Assembly: GCA_964016885.1 (NCBI GenBank) | Contig: OZ024744.1 | Location: forward strand, 74,834,001 to 74,898,000 | DNA length: 64,000 nt | Source: Eledone cirrhosa | Lineage: Eukaryota | Reading direction: 5' to 3' | Part shown: piece by piece, positions 41,660-54,400 of the stretch | Layout: the number at the start of each line of letters is the position of its first letter | Position numbering within the stretch: the first letter of the stretch is position 1 | Notes under the pieces: generated by a model | Told to the model about the DNA's origin: nothing | The model's database searches: none | The model's input: the letters and a program-made list of their open reading frames with translations, nothing else | Position numbers and translations under genes: made by a program

Positions 41660-44600
41660 CATCATTCCATTTTACTTAGATTCTTTTGTGACCCTTTAAT
41701 GCAGCTCTGCTGAGGCAGGCTCTCGCACTCATTGCATATCGACTCTTCTTGGCCTTCGACACTTTCTGCCAATTCCTTTTTCAAGTCCTTCTTCATATTC
41801 CTCTTTAACTTTTCATGATTTTTTAGATCATTTTCAAAGTGTGCTTCCCCTTCATAGAGTTCGATCATTAGATACTTGTTCCCAGTCTCAATCGGAGATA
41901 CCAGCTTTCATCAGAAATGTTTTCACACAGTCCTTGAACCTCACCTTAAGTTTATGAAGTGGATGTTTGTCATCCCACAGCTCACCATAAAACAGGTGTT
42001 CGGTTAACCTGGAGTCCTCCAATCTCACCATATCTCCCATCCATCGGTGACGGCGTTGCAAAATAATCGACTCGATACTCTACAGTAACTTCTTTCAAGG
42101 ACCTCAACATGACTCACATACATCCAGTGAAGACCCAAGATTCAACGAAGGCACAGCTCGTGTAAGCACTCCAGTTGTTTTAAATGTTTCCGTTAAGTAA
42201 CCCACGTCTCATAAGCTTACAATAGAGATGATAATATATATAGGTTAGGTAGATCTTAACTTTAGCATCCATGGAGATAACGTGCCGGGGCCATAGTCGT
42301 TTTTCTAACATTCTGAATGCATCACTAGCTTATTCTTCATGATATTCCATTGTCAAGGGGGCATGATACTGCCAAAATACACAAACTCTTCCAGCACCGG
42401 TAGTGTCTGGTTCCACGTATTGTTTTTACTTGTACCAACTAGTATATAGCCACAGCCTCCTTCAAGCAGATCTTTATAGAAAGCGCGGAACACGCACAGC
42501 TGAAAGAGTCCATTAGCTGCTGCATATCTTCCTGTGCGCATGTTAAAACGATCGCAGTGATCTCTAAACATAAATTCTCTCAAGAGTGAGTATATGACCT
42601 TCGCATAGACATCAAAGCGTCTTATGTTGAAAAGCTTCCCAGATGTACGAAAGCATTTGAATATTCCATGTCGACAGTTTTTCAATGACATTAAACATAT
42701 CATTGCACAAAACAGTGAAAACAGTGTTGGTGCTATTATGTCACCTTGTTTGACGTCATTCCTTACAGTAATAGGCTCTGGTACACTTTTACCAATATTC
42801 ACCCAGCCTTTCATGTTATCATGAATTTGACACAGAGTTGCTTAGAATTTGTCAGGGCAGCCATTATTTCCAAGTATTTTTCAAGGAGCTTCTCTATTAT
42901 CTTTGCCCTTGTTAAATCAATGGACCCTGGAAACAGATTTACAGTTTGTTCTATACAAAGCTGCCTAGCTTGAAATGTCATGTGCTATGTGCCTCAGCCC
43001 TATTTAACTCCGCATAGGTTTTCTGAAAAACATCGTCAGCGATGTGTAACATACCTCTGCCAAGCATAAACCTTGCCACCAGTGACGGCAGCACTATTCC
43101 TCTATAGTTGCCACAGTCATCCTTTCCACTCTTCTATAAACCTTGCCACCAGTGACGGCAGCACTATTCCTCTATAGTTGCCACAGTCACCCTTTCCACA
43201 CTTCTATAAACCTTGCCACCAGTGACGGCAGCACTATTCCTCTATAGTTGCCACAGTCACCCTTTCCACACTTCTATAAACCTTCCCACCAGTGACGGCA
43301 GCACTATTCCTTTATAGTTGCCACAGTCATCCTTTCCACTCTTCTATAAACCTTGCCACCAGTGACGGCAGCACTATTCCTCTATAGTTACCACAGTCAG
43401 CCTTTCCACACTTCTATAAACCTTCCCACCAGTGACGGCAACACTATTCCTCTATATTTGCCACAGTCATCCTTTCCACTCTTCTATAAACCTTGCCACC
43501 AGTGACGGCAGCATTATTCCTCTATAGTTACCACAGTCACCCTTTCCACACTTCTCTAGACCTTTCCACCAGTGACGGCAGCGCTATTCCTCTATATTTG
43601 CCACAGTCACCCTTTCTACACTTCTATAAACCTTCCCACCAGTGACGGCAACACTATTCCTCTATATTTGCCACAGTCACCCTTTCTACACTTCTATAAA
43701 CCTTGCCACCAGTGACGGCAGCACTATTCCTTTATAGTTACCACAGTCAGCCTTTCCACACTTCTATAAACCTTCCCACCAGTGACGGCAACACTATTCC
43801 TCTATATTTGCCACAGTCATCCTTTCCACTCTTCTATAAACCTTGCCACCAGTGACGGCAGCACTATTCCTCTATAGTTGCCACAGTCATCCTTTCCACA
43901 CTTCTATAAACCTTGCCACCAGTGACGGCAGCACTATTCCTCTATAGTTGCCACATTCACCCTTTCCACACTTCTCTAGACCTTTCCACCAGTGACGGCA
44001 GCGCTATTCCTCTATATTTGCCACAGTCACCCTTTCTACACTTCTATAAACCTTCCCACCAGTGACGGCAACACTATTCCTCTATATTTGCCACAGTCAC
44101 CCTTTCTACACTTCTATAAACCTTGCCACCAGTGACGGCAGCACTATTCCTCTATAGTTGCCACATTCACCCTTTCCACCCTTCTCTAGACCTTGCCACC
44201 AGTGACGGCAGCACTATTCCTCTATAGTTGCCACAGTCATCCTTTCCACACTTCTATAAACCTTGCCACCAGTGACGGCAGCACTATTCCTCTATAGTTG
44301 CCACATTCACCCTTTCCACCCTTCTCTAGACCTTGCCACCAGTGACGGGAGCGCTATTCCTCTATAGTAGCCACAGTCATCCTTTCTACACTTCTACTTA
44401 TACAACCATTAGAGCATCCTTTCAATCCTGTGCTACTATAAATTCTGCTTAAAATTTCTGAATCAACGAAACGCATTAATTTCCACTTCCATATTCAAAG
44501 AATTCTGTAAACAAGTCATCAATACCGGAAGACTTGCCACTGTTAAGTTTCTGAACAGCGACCTCGATTTCGTCTATTGAAGGAACCACTACCATCTTTG

Positions 44601-45130
44601 GCAGGTCGGCATGGTATTGACATAAGAATCTCCTCATCGATGTCTAAAAGCTGATTGAGAATTTTATCAAAATGCTATTACCCTCTACTCAGTATTTCCT
44701 TTGGTTGTCTGAGAAGAGATTGTCTATGTTAAGTGTGTAATGGTTCCACAGGAGAAGACGAAGGCTGGTATACCTTGTGAAGAAGATTATACAACAGGTT
44801 GGTGCTGTTGGTATTTGAGGCAGATTGAATTTCATCAGCATTTTTACTCCCCCATGTCTCTTGTATGATTTTCAACAGCTGTTGAACACGAGATTTCATA
44901 TCTTTAAATACGTATGTATGTTTTATCTGTTCAATGGCAGAGTGACCACTTTTGAGCAGGGTCAAAAGTGCTCTCTTCATTACCCATCGTAACTTACATA
45001 TCTCTTTGCAATTCTCGTTATATCAATCCCGGAGCTTGAGCTTTGCAAAACCAGCCAGATCAGCACACATATTATACACTGACTCCTTAAGGCATTTTCA
45101 GCTCAGCATATGCTACAGTTAATGGAAAAA
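41660..45130 (-). mobile_element. Degraded RTE (BovB-like) LINE
   Basis: DCGNYRGI, NDVKQGDIIAPTLFSLF, FRTSGKLFNIRRF, EEFVYFGS, RWMGDMVRLEDSRL..LFYGEL..KVRFKD. Confidence 0.85.
43066..44396. repeat. 70-bp tandem minisatellite, 19 copies, inside the RTE ORF
   Basis: CCTT(G/C/T)CCACCAGTGACGG recurs every 70 bp from 43071 to 44331. Confidence 0.97.
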
Positions 45131-45439
45131 GAAAAGACTATTCTCACGCAACACACGTGAATTCTGTCTCTCTGATGAGGTCATAGCTGAAGTTAATTAT
45201 AACCTGTTGACTTACACTTCTTGTTTATAAATATATTCCGGAGTAAACAAACTCACCTGCGGACTTCGTCGAGTGCTCTACCCTGCATAATGAAGTGTCG
45301 GTGATTAACCAACACATACTCGAAGTATATATATATATACAAAGGGTCATATTGTTGTAATAATATTGCCAAAAATAATAAAAGAACACACTCACTGTTT
45401 GGTTGGTTTTCGCTTCTGTATCTTTTATAACTCCATAGT

Positions 45440-47160
45440 TAATTCATTTGGCCATCAATGTTTATTACTGACTGACGAACAGTCAAAAATACAAATATAA
45501 ATACATATATATAGTCTAACAAAGTTCTTTCGTTGGACATCTGCTACATCGTCAGTGGTACTATTCTAGTATTTCCTCTACTGTATTGTATGTTTTGTAA
45601 TGTCTTCGCCATTTTTATTTTTCTATTTATTTATTTATGTTTGTCTTCGTCTCTGCACATACGTTTGCGTGTGTGTATAGTGTTTGGTGTGAGTATTCGC
45701 GTTTGGGTGACTATGTTTTGGTTATTGTATTCTATCCTAGTTTATTAGTGTGTATTTATATGTGTTTGTTGTTATTGTGCTTGTGTATATATTTATTTAT
45801 TTATATTTCTCTTAAGTCAGTATTGTTTGTTTGGATGTTGTTGTTATTCAATTCATTTTTTTCTGTTTAGCTTTGGCTTTCTAAGCTCTATTTCGCTTGC
45901 TTCTCTGATTTGCCTACCTGTTGGGTCATTTCTATGTTTATATATTATTTTAATTTCTATGTTGTCTATTTTACCGTCTTGTCTTTGTGTGGCGTGTTCA
46001 TATAGTACTGGGCCGTGTTTGTGTCCTTTTAATTGCCCCCAGTGTTGGTATATTCTCTCTTCTATAATTCGATCTGTCTCGCCTATGTATGTTGTTGTCA
46101 TGTTTCTGCAAGAACCCTCTGTACATCTTATGCTATAAATTACATTTCTAGTTTTACAGTTTATCTGGGGATTTACTTTACATATAACACATTTCTTATT
46201 AGTACAGTGGGTTTTCTTAAAAGGGTAGGTTTTGCTGATCATGGATTTTATGTTAGTTCCTGGCTTTTCTACAACTTTAATCTTTAAGTGGTTCTCACTT
46301 AGGGCCTTTCTACATTGGTTAGTTAATTTCACTCCCGGGGTAGCATCCACGAACATGACACTCTGGTATCTCTGGTTGTCGTACCATGAGGTGGCTTTCC
46401 CTATCTTATGTTTAGTCCTCTCTAAGCTATTCCATGATTTGCTCCTGTATAATGGGCAAATTCCTTTCATGTCCAGTTCTATGAGGGTCTTACACTTCTC
46501 TGTGGCTTCTTTGTATACTCTGACTCTGTCTCTTTGGTTGTAGCCAGAGAACTGAATGCGGTTGATGAAGTGTTGGATGTGTCTTTCCATTTATGTTGGG
46601 TCGCATATGCGGGACACGTTCTTCATCACTCGTACCAAGTCTGCGATCAGAATATTAAACTTAACACTACTGGACATTGCTGAGTTTTTGAGTATCAGGT
46701 ATTTGGAGGCCATGGGTTTAGCGTAGTATGAGTGTAGAATTTGGGACCTCTCGTCTATAGTGTTAATCCAGAGTACCGTATCTAATACAGGTAGTCTATT
46801 GTTAATATATACACAAGCACAATAACAAAAAACACATATAAACACACACTAATAAACTAAGATAGAATACAATAACCAAAATAGAGTCACCCAAACGCGA
46901 ACACACAGACCGACACTATACACACACGCAAACGCATGCGCAGAGACAAAACAAAAATATATTAATAAATAAATAGATAAAATAAAAATGGCGTAGACAT
47001 TACAATACATACAATACAGCAGAGGAAACATGAGAATCGTACCAATGATGATGTTGCAAATGTGCAACGAAAGAACTTTGTTAGACTAAATATATGTATT
47101 TATAGCTGTATTTTTAAGCGTTGGTTAGTCAGTGTTAAACATTGATGGCCAAATGAAGGA
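45440..47160 (-). mobile_element. 5'-truncated PLE (RT thumb + GIY-YIG) with inverted pseudo-LTR
   Basis: LPVLDT, YYAKPMAS, CxxxxCVIC..CKTRNVIY, YIGETDR..LNRK. 46810-47155 is an inverted copy of ~45447-45795. Confidence 0.85.
47041..47082 (+). ncRNA. Degenerate hammerhead in inverted pLTR (mirror 45518-45559, -)
   Basis: ACCA-AUGAUGA-U GUUGCA AAUG UGCAAC-GAAA GAAC UU-UGUU. The mirror copy keeps CUGACGA but has an eroded stem II. Confidence 0.6.
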
Positions 47161-47229
47161 TTTCATATCAAAATCCTAGCAAGACAAATTCATCGCCGTT
47201 ATATAAATATATATATATAACTCTCGGCG

Positions 47230-47285
<56 letters not shown>

Positions 47286-47389
47286 CTCTAGTTATATATA
47301 CATATATATATAACTCTCCCCTTTAACGGGGTCTTAAGTTGAGAGCAGCGATTGTTTGCTTAAACTTTAATCTGTTAATTTAATAAATA

Positions 47390-48115
47390 CTAGCAGAATG
47401 GCCCGGCGTTGCTCGGGATTCTAAACATAGATTGGCATGTTTATCCCTCCTTTCTGAAACAGTTTCGTCGTATGTTCACCAATTGATGCAAAAGTCCTAA
47501 TAAAAATTGAAGTCGCCTTGGGTGAATAGGCAAACAATTTTCCATTAAGATTTTCCAAAAGTATGTAATTAGGTTCCCTCTCTTTTTTGTTGTTGTTTTT
47601 GATGCTGTCGAGACTCACGTTTGTTTATATTTTGTTATTGTGTATGCAAAAATAACAGTACACGAATATATAATTATATATATATTAAAATAACAGATTA
47701 AAATTTAAGCGAAGAATCGCTGATTTCACCCTTAACGAGATCTTCTGAAACTAAAAAATCAATCTGCGAACGCAGAAGTAAATATTTCGCAAAACGTTAC
47801 ACACTATACATATATATACAAACACTATATATACATATATACACACACAAACAGCTGATGTCATAATGTCGTAATGCAGACAGTCAGACATAGAGACAGA
47901 TATTATAAGGGCGCGACGTTGTAGCTATGTATCTGCCTAAAAAGATAGGCTAAGAGAGATGGAGAGATATCGCTAAATCGCCTAATGTGGTCCCTAGGGC
48001 ATTGACAAATTTAACTATTTTTTGCTCAAAACACTCACACGGCCATAAGTATTACATGTGTATGTAAAGTTTGAAAAAACTCGGTTGGGGGGTTCTCGAG
48101 TTTTAGGGAGTCAGA
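47390..48115 (-). mobile_element. Non-autonomous Helitron, same family as 37463-38306, 5' end truncated
   Basis: Collinear reverse-complement homology with the same 3' hairpin + CTAG. Confidence 0.88.
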
Positions 48116-48184
48116 GAGGTACTAGGGTTCTTATATATTTATCCTTATGGAGCCCTCTTTGGATTTTAGTCTTGACATTTAAAA

Positions 48185-51100
48185 AAATATATATATATTT
48201 ATTTGGTTCCTTTACCGGTTTCGCAGTACTTCTGTTTTTCAAAAGTAAAGTTGAGATGGAGGGTCTGTGGTTTTTCTCACATCTGGTTGGTCTTTGAATG
48301 TTACTTGTTTTAGAGAAGTAATTTGATTGGTTGGTCAATAAGTATAATAAATTTAGCGCCAGTTCCCGTTACAAAATTCTTCAAACAAGGGGGCGGGTGC
48401 TCAGTTTGTTTTTTCATATTTGAAATACTGTGTTTGAATTACTTTTTACTTAAAAAGGGAGCTCACGAAGGCTTTTTCTAAAAAAATGTAATCTGATTGG
48501 TTATAAATGAAATTATGGCTGCCACGTGAACAAGTTCATTAAATTTCGCGCCCGTATTTCGGAATTTGTTTTGTACTTAAAAAAAGGGGTTCACGAAGGC
48601 TTTTTCTAAAAAAATGTAATCTGATTGGTTATAAATGAAATTATGGCTGTCATGTGAACAAGTTCATTAAATTTCGCGCCCATATTTCGGAATTTGTTTT
48701 GTAGCCTTTTAGAGAATTGTATGACAATAAAAAAAGTGACTCACAAAGGCTTTTTTTTTTAAATGTAATTTATTGGTTATAAATGAAATTATGATTGTCA
48801 CGTAAACAAGTTCCGCGCCCGTATTATTTATTTTGTAGCCATTTAGAGAATGTTATGACAAGCAAAAGAATGGTCAAGAGAAATGGGATGGGAGAATTGT
48901 TATGGTTCAGTGAATATGGCTAGTTCGCTGGGGTGTCAGAGTTCAGATTTTCTATTGAAATAAAGAAAGTAGACATATGTATGTTTATTTGTGTGTTTGT
49001 GTGTCTGTGTGTGTATAGGAAGATGATTCTATTGGTAGAAATGGGGGAGGGAGTTGTGTGTGTGTGTATAGACCTTAAATTAAGACCAATTGTAGTGGGC
49101 CCACAATGTGAAACACAGACTGAGCAACTTCATAGACATACTACTAAAACCAATTCTCAAACACATACCAAGCCTTGTAAGAGACTATCTGGACCTCTTA
49201 AACCACCTCCCCAAACATGTCAACAACGATACAATTATTGTGTCTTTCGATATAGTGAATATCTACACAACGATCCCACACCAATACGGACTACAAGCAA
49301 TAGGATTCTGGCTAGTGAAATATCCCAATGAGATACCTGACAGAATAGAAAAAATCTTCATCACCGTGGGATTAACATTTATTTTACAGAACAACTTTTT
49401 TGATTTCGATGGCAGTACACAAAAGCAAATATCGGGGACTGCGATGGGTACAAAAGCCGCTCCGACTTATGTCATGGCATACTTAGATGTCCAGATTTAT
49501 GAACAGTCCAAATCAAAATACGGATTGAACTTCCACAAATATTTATCAGAGAATTGGAAACGCTACTTGGATGATTGTCTCATGCTTTGGTCCCACACAC
49601 TCGACCAACTGAATGATTTCAAACATTTAATAAACGGCATCAATCAGCACTTCCAATTCACAATGGAATACAGCCAAGATCAACTCCCATTTCTGGACAT
49701 CTTAATCTTAAACAAATAAAAAAAGACACAAATATTGAAACTGACATACACTACAAACCAATAGATTCCAAACAATACCTGCTATTCACCTCCAACCATC
49801 CAAAGCACACGAAGACGAACATTCCTTTCAATCTAGCAAGAAGAATTTGCACAATTGTCTCCAATTATGAAAAGCGAAATAAAAGACTTCAAGAATTAAA
49901 GGAAATTCTACTCGAAAGACAGTACCCACCATTACTAATAAATAATGGAATAGAAAGGGCTAAAGTAATAGGCATTGATGAATTACGAAAACAGAAACAA
50001 ATTCAAGGTACGTTCAATATTCTATCATATCTCAACACACAACCCAAGAAATGCCGAAATTTACAACACTATTCACAAGAACATTCCACTACTGAAACAA
50101 GACCCAGGAATGAAAAAATCCCTTGAAACACAAAATAATCAAAAGCAAAAGGCAACTGAAATCACTGAAAACATTACTCACCAATGCCAAATAACCTACC
50201 ACAAACCCACAAACAACTGTCAAAAAATGTGGTCGCTCTAATTGTGGAACCTGCACTCACCTCATTGAAGGCAACACGTATATATTTAAATCAGGACAAA
50301 ATTCTGCTGTAAAAAATCAATTCACTTGCTCATCAAAAAATGTAAAGGATGCAATGAAGATTATATAGGACAAACTAAACTCACACTCAGAAATAGAATG
50401 ACAATTCATCGCCAACAATTACGAGATCCAACCACGAGACAGATACCACTAAGCGCATATCTAGACATTTGCGCAAGTAATAAGACACCCAAATTCCAAG
50501 TCTTCCCATTTTACCCTTGCGCTGACAATACAACAGAACAAATACGAATAAATAAGGAAAATATGTTTATTCAAACATATAGACCAGCATTAAATATGGT
50601 TTAATATACATTATGTCAGCACCATAACATACTAACCATCCAAACAGACACATACCCACACACATAACACCTTCTACTTTAGAAAATAAAAACCCGAACC
50701 AAATAAACCTTAACATACGTTTGCGCTGACAATACAACAGAACAAATACGAATAAGTAATGAAAATATGTTCATTCAAAAATATTCCTACTAACGGAATC
50801 ATTTCCCTACACACACACACAAAATATATATTGACTTCATCATAACATGCTAACCATACTCCCACACACACATAACACCCATACCCCCCCCCCCCCCACA
50901 CACACAACTCCCTCCCCCCAGTTCTACTAATAGAATCACTTTCCTACACACACACACACACACACAAAATATATATATTCTCTCCATCTTAACATACTCC
51001 CCCACACACACACATAACACCCATATACACACACACACAACTCCCTCCCCCATTTCTACCAATAGAATCATGTTCCTATACACACACACAGACACACGAA

Positions 51101-51918
51101 CACACAAATAAACATACATATGTCTACTTTCTTTATTTCAATAGAAAATCTGAACTCTGACACCCCAGCGAACTAGCCATATTCACTGAACCAGAACAAT
51201 TCTCCTATCCCATTTCTCTTGACCATTCTCTAAATGGCTACACAATAAATAATACGGGCGCGGAACTTGTTCACGTGACAGTCATAATTTCATTAATAAC
51301 CAATCAAATTACATTTTTTAAAAAAGCCCTCGTGAGCCACTTTTTTTTATTCTCATAAAATTCTCTAAAAGACTACAAAACAAATTCCGAAATACGGGCG
51401 CGAAATTTAATGAACTTGTTCACATGACAGCATAATTTCATTTATAAACAATCAGATTACATTTTTTAGAAAAAGCCTTCGTGAGCCCCTTTTTTTAAGT
51501 ACAAAACAAATTCCGAAATACGGGCGCGAAATTTAATGAACTTGTTCACGTGACAGCCATAATTTCATTTTAACCAATCAGATTACATTTTTTTAGAAAA
51601 AGCCTTCGTGAGCCCCTTTTTTAAGTAAAAAGTAATTCAAACACTCATATATCAAGAAACAACGTAAGCACCCCCCCCCCTTGTTTGAAGAACTTTGTAA
51701 CGCGAACTGGCGTGAATTTTATTATACTGATTGACCAACCAATCAAATTACTTCTCTAAAAACCTGGCGTTTCGAGCCACTTTTTTCCATATAATACAAA
51801 TAACATTCAAAGACAAACCAGATGTGAGAAAAACCACAGACCCACCATCTCAACTCTACTTTTGAAAAGCAGAAGAACTCCGAACCCGGTAAAGGAACCA
51901 AATAAATATATATATATT
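48185..51918 (+). mobile_element. PLE (Neptune-like, Cys-rich linker) with ~900-bp inverted flanking pLTR copies
   Basis: SFDIVNIYTTIPH, QISGTAMGTKAAPTY, WKRYLDD, LPFLDI, SNHPKH, CGRSNCGTC, YIGQTKLTLRNRMTIH. 48185-49068 is the reverse complement of ~51025-51918. Confidence 0.88.
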
Positions 51919-52080
51919 TGGAGGAGGTTATAGTTCACTTGAAGCATTGTGTAATGAGGTATAAACGTTAGAATATGTGTAATAAGGCCAAGACAATGCA
52001 GATATGGACATAGAAAAAAGAATGCAATAGTGGAAGATATTGATGTGAATTCGTCTTTCACCTTGAATTTATTTAAATGT

Positions 52081-52115
52081 CCTTAATTTTCGAGATAATA
52101 TCTCTTCTTCGGAGG
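52081..52115 (-). ncRNA. Degenerate hammerhead-like motif in the 3' region of the minus-strand PLE
   Basis: CCU-CCGAAGA-A GAGA UAUUA UCUC-GAAA AU UA-AGG (U4>C). Confidence 0.4.
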
Positions 52116-52517
52116 GAAGTAAAGGTCTCAGACCAGCGTCTTTAAATCTCTAATGAAGCCATGCTGACCGGAAATAGTATAGAGTATCTGTTCTAACTTT
52201 AATATCAAAGAATTAAAATTAGGTGGATAAAGAGTAGTCTCCCTTTAAGAGGGGTTTGTTTATGTTTTGTTTTTGTTTTTGTATTGTTTTTTTTAATTTT
52301 AAATGCGTGCCTGTATATGTGTGTGGGAGAATGCATGAAGGTGTAGGTATGTGGGTGTGTGTGTGTGAGTGTGGGAAGATAGGTCTAATCGTAAAAGTGG
52401 GGGGTAGGTGTTATCTGGTGTTAGAACTGGTTTTGTGTGTGTATGTGTGAGAAAGAATAAGTGGAGGTGTGCGCGTGCGTGTGTGTGGGGTGTGTAAAAA
52501 TGGGGCTAGAGGCCCTA

Positions 52518-54027
52518 TCAGGTTATAAATTGGGTGTTCAGCTCTAGTCTATTATTGATTGGTGGATGTGTTCTATCTATAATGAGTGCTTCCTTGATTC
52601 TAAGATTGCCGAGGTTTCTTTCCTTAGTTTCTATCCTAACTGTTATGTTTTTATCGGTGTTTTTGCATTTAACTAGGTGTTTCTTAAATGAGGAAGCGTT
52701 AGTATTGAGGTGTTCTTTTATTCTTATGTGGAGTGGTCTGGTGGTGCTACCTACGTAGAAGTTGTTGCATTTGTCACACTCTAGTCTGTAGACTACGTAA
52801 GCCTGGTGGCATAGGTCTGTCTCGTTGATGGGGCAGTTGGCTAGTCTGCAGCAGTTGTCATGTTTGGTGGAGTGTCTCTTAGCCAGCCGTCCGCGCAAAG
52901 AAGGACCCGAATGGGCCAGTTGAATATCCAGACCCTCTCGTCTGATGGCTCTGCGGATGGCTGTTGTTGTTTCTTCACTGAAGTGTGGGAGCTTCAGGAA
53001 GCAAGTGTTAGTGCCTCGGGTGTGGTGTCCTCTGTTCTTTCTGGCACGGTTTGTGGTGGATGTCGTGTATCCGTTCAGTTTGAGTACTTCCAGGAAATGT
53101 GTGGTGTGTGTGTCTCGGTCTCTGGCGTCGGTGCATTTGTTCTTGATACGTGCCAGTTTGTTCTTTATGTATCCGAACTTGGCACCGAGTGGGAGGGCCG
53201 ATCTGAAATGTACGAACAGGTCCCTGTTGGCGGATTTTTTATAGAAGCAGGTGTGGATGTTGCCTTCCTCTGTTACCCAGAGTTGGAAGTCCAGCAGGGA
53301 AAGGGATCCGCGGTCATCGGGGTGTTCCATGCTGAACTTTATACTGGCGTCCATGCTGGAGAATGTTGTGTATAATTTCTCTGCCTTCTCACGGGATGAT
53401 GTAAGGATGAGTATGTCATCTACATATCGGGTGAAGAAGGCATGGGAATGGCAGGTGTTGAGGGCTCGGCATTCTAGCTGGTTCATGTAAGTGATGGCCA
53501 GCAGGCCCGAGAGGCTGGATCCCATGGGTAATCCTGTTGTCTGTCTGTATGTGAGGTGGTGGAAGGTGAAGTACGTGTTGTCTACTGTGAAGGACAAAAG
53601 TTGGTGTATGTCCGTCGGGTGGAGGCCGTAGCAGTGGATGTTCTCTGCGACCACGCAGTCCGTCAATAAATCGACAGCTGGGTGAGCGGGGACTGTAGTG
53701 TAGAGGGAGACAACGTCGAGGCTAAAAGCGTATTTATTAAGTTTAAGTTGTTCTGGCTGGAGTTGGTGTAATCTACGTATAACTTCGTCGGAGCTACTGA
53801 CATGTTCGGGGAAGGTGGAGAGTAGAGGCTTGAGGACCTGGGAGAGAAGCCAGGAAATTTTGTACAGGGGTCCTTCTATGCTAGAGACGATGGGTCTTAT
53901 ATGCGTCTTAGTGCTATTCTTGTGGGTCTTGATGAGCTGGTAGAAAGTGGGCAGTCTGCTATTTCTAGTGGTGTAGTTGAGTTTAATTTTATTCGGGAGT
54001 TGTCTTCTCCTACAGATATCGAACCAT
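52518..54027 (-). CDS. PLE RT + GIY-YIG, uninterrupted ~500-codon frame (5'-truncated, no native start)
   Basis: Manual extension upstream of ORF 52518-53666 gives LPTFYQLIKTHK..RPIVS..FSLDVVSLYTTVP with no stop. Then GLPMGSSLS, RYVDD, LLDF, YVGSTTRPLHIRIKEH. Confidence 0.85.
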
Positions 54028-54140
54028 ATATATATTTTTTTTAAAATAAGACTCCAGTTGCATTTTCGATTTCATCTTTTTTTCTTTATACTTTCACTCG
54101 TGACACCTCGGTTATTTTTCATTTTGTAAAAAAACCTTAC

Positions 54141-54199
<59 letters not shown>

Positions 54200-54203
<4 letters not shown>

Positions 54204-54400
54204 GAAGGAAATGTGGTAAGGAACCAGATGGACCATAACGCACCAAATTACTCAATACTTAGGTTAGTAGAGTGGGTAATGGGAACGAGTGGGACACCAA
54301 CGGCTGAGCTCAAGCCGTTTCGACGGCTAATTCTGGACAGAATTAGCCGTCGAAACGGCTTGAGCTCACCCGTTGGGGGCCCACTCGTTCCTATTACCAG
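54200..54400. repeat. Family B palindromic element
   Basis: ~60-bp arms GGTAATGGGAACGAGTGGG..GACGGCTAATTCTG-GA-CAGAATTAGCCGTC..CCCACTCGTTCCTATTACC. Confidence 0.85.

Noticed and set aside
43066-44396. CRISPR-like regularly spaced repeats
   Set aside because: The whole 70-bp unit repeats with no unique spacers, there are no cas genes, and the unit derives from RTE coding sequence.
45168-45215. CTGATGAGGTCA..TGAC as a hammerhead
   Set aside because: No GAAA after the putative stem II and no stem I closure.
52146-52186. CTAATGA..GAAA TAGTA TA GAG hammerhead on the + strand
   Set aside because: The core is mutated, stem II is unconvincing and the stem I register is ambiguous.
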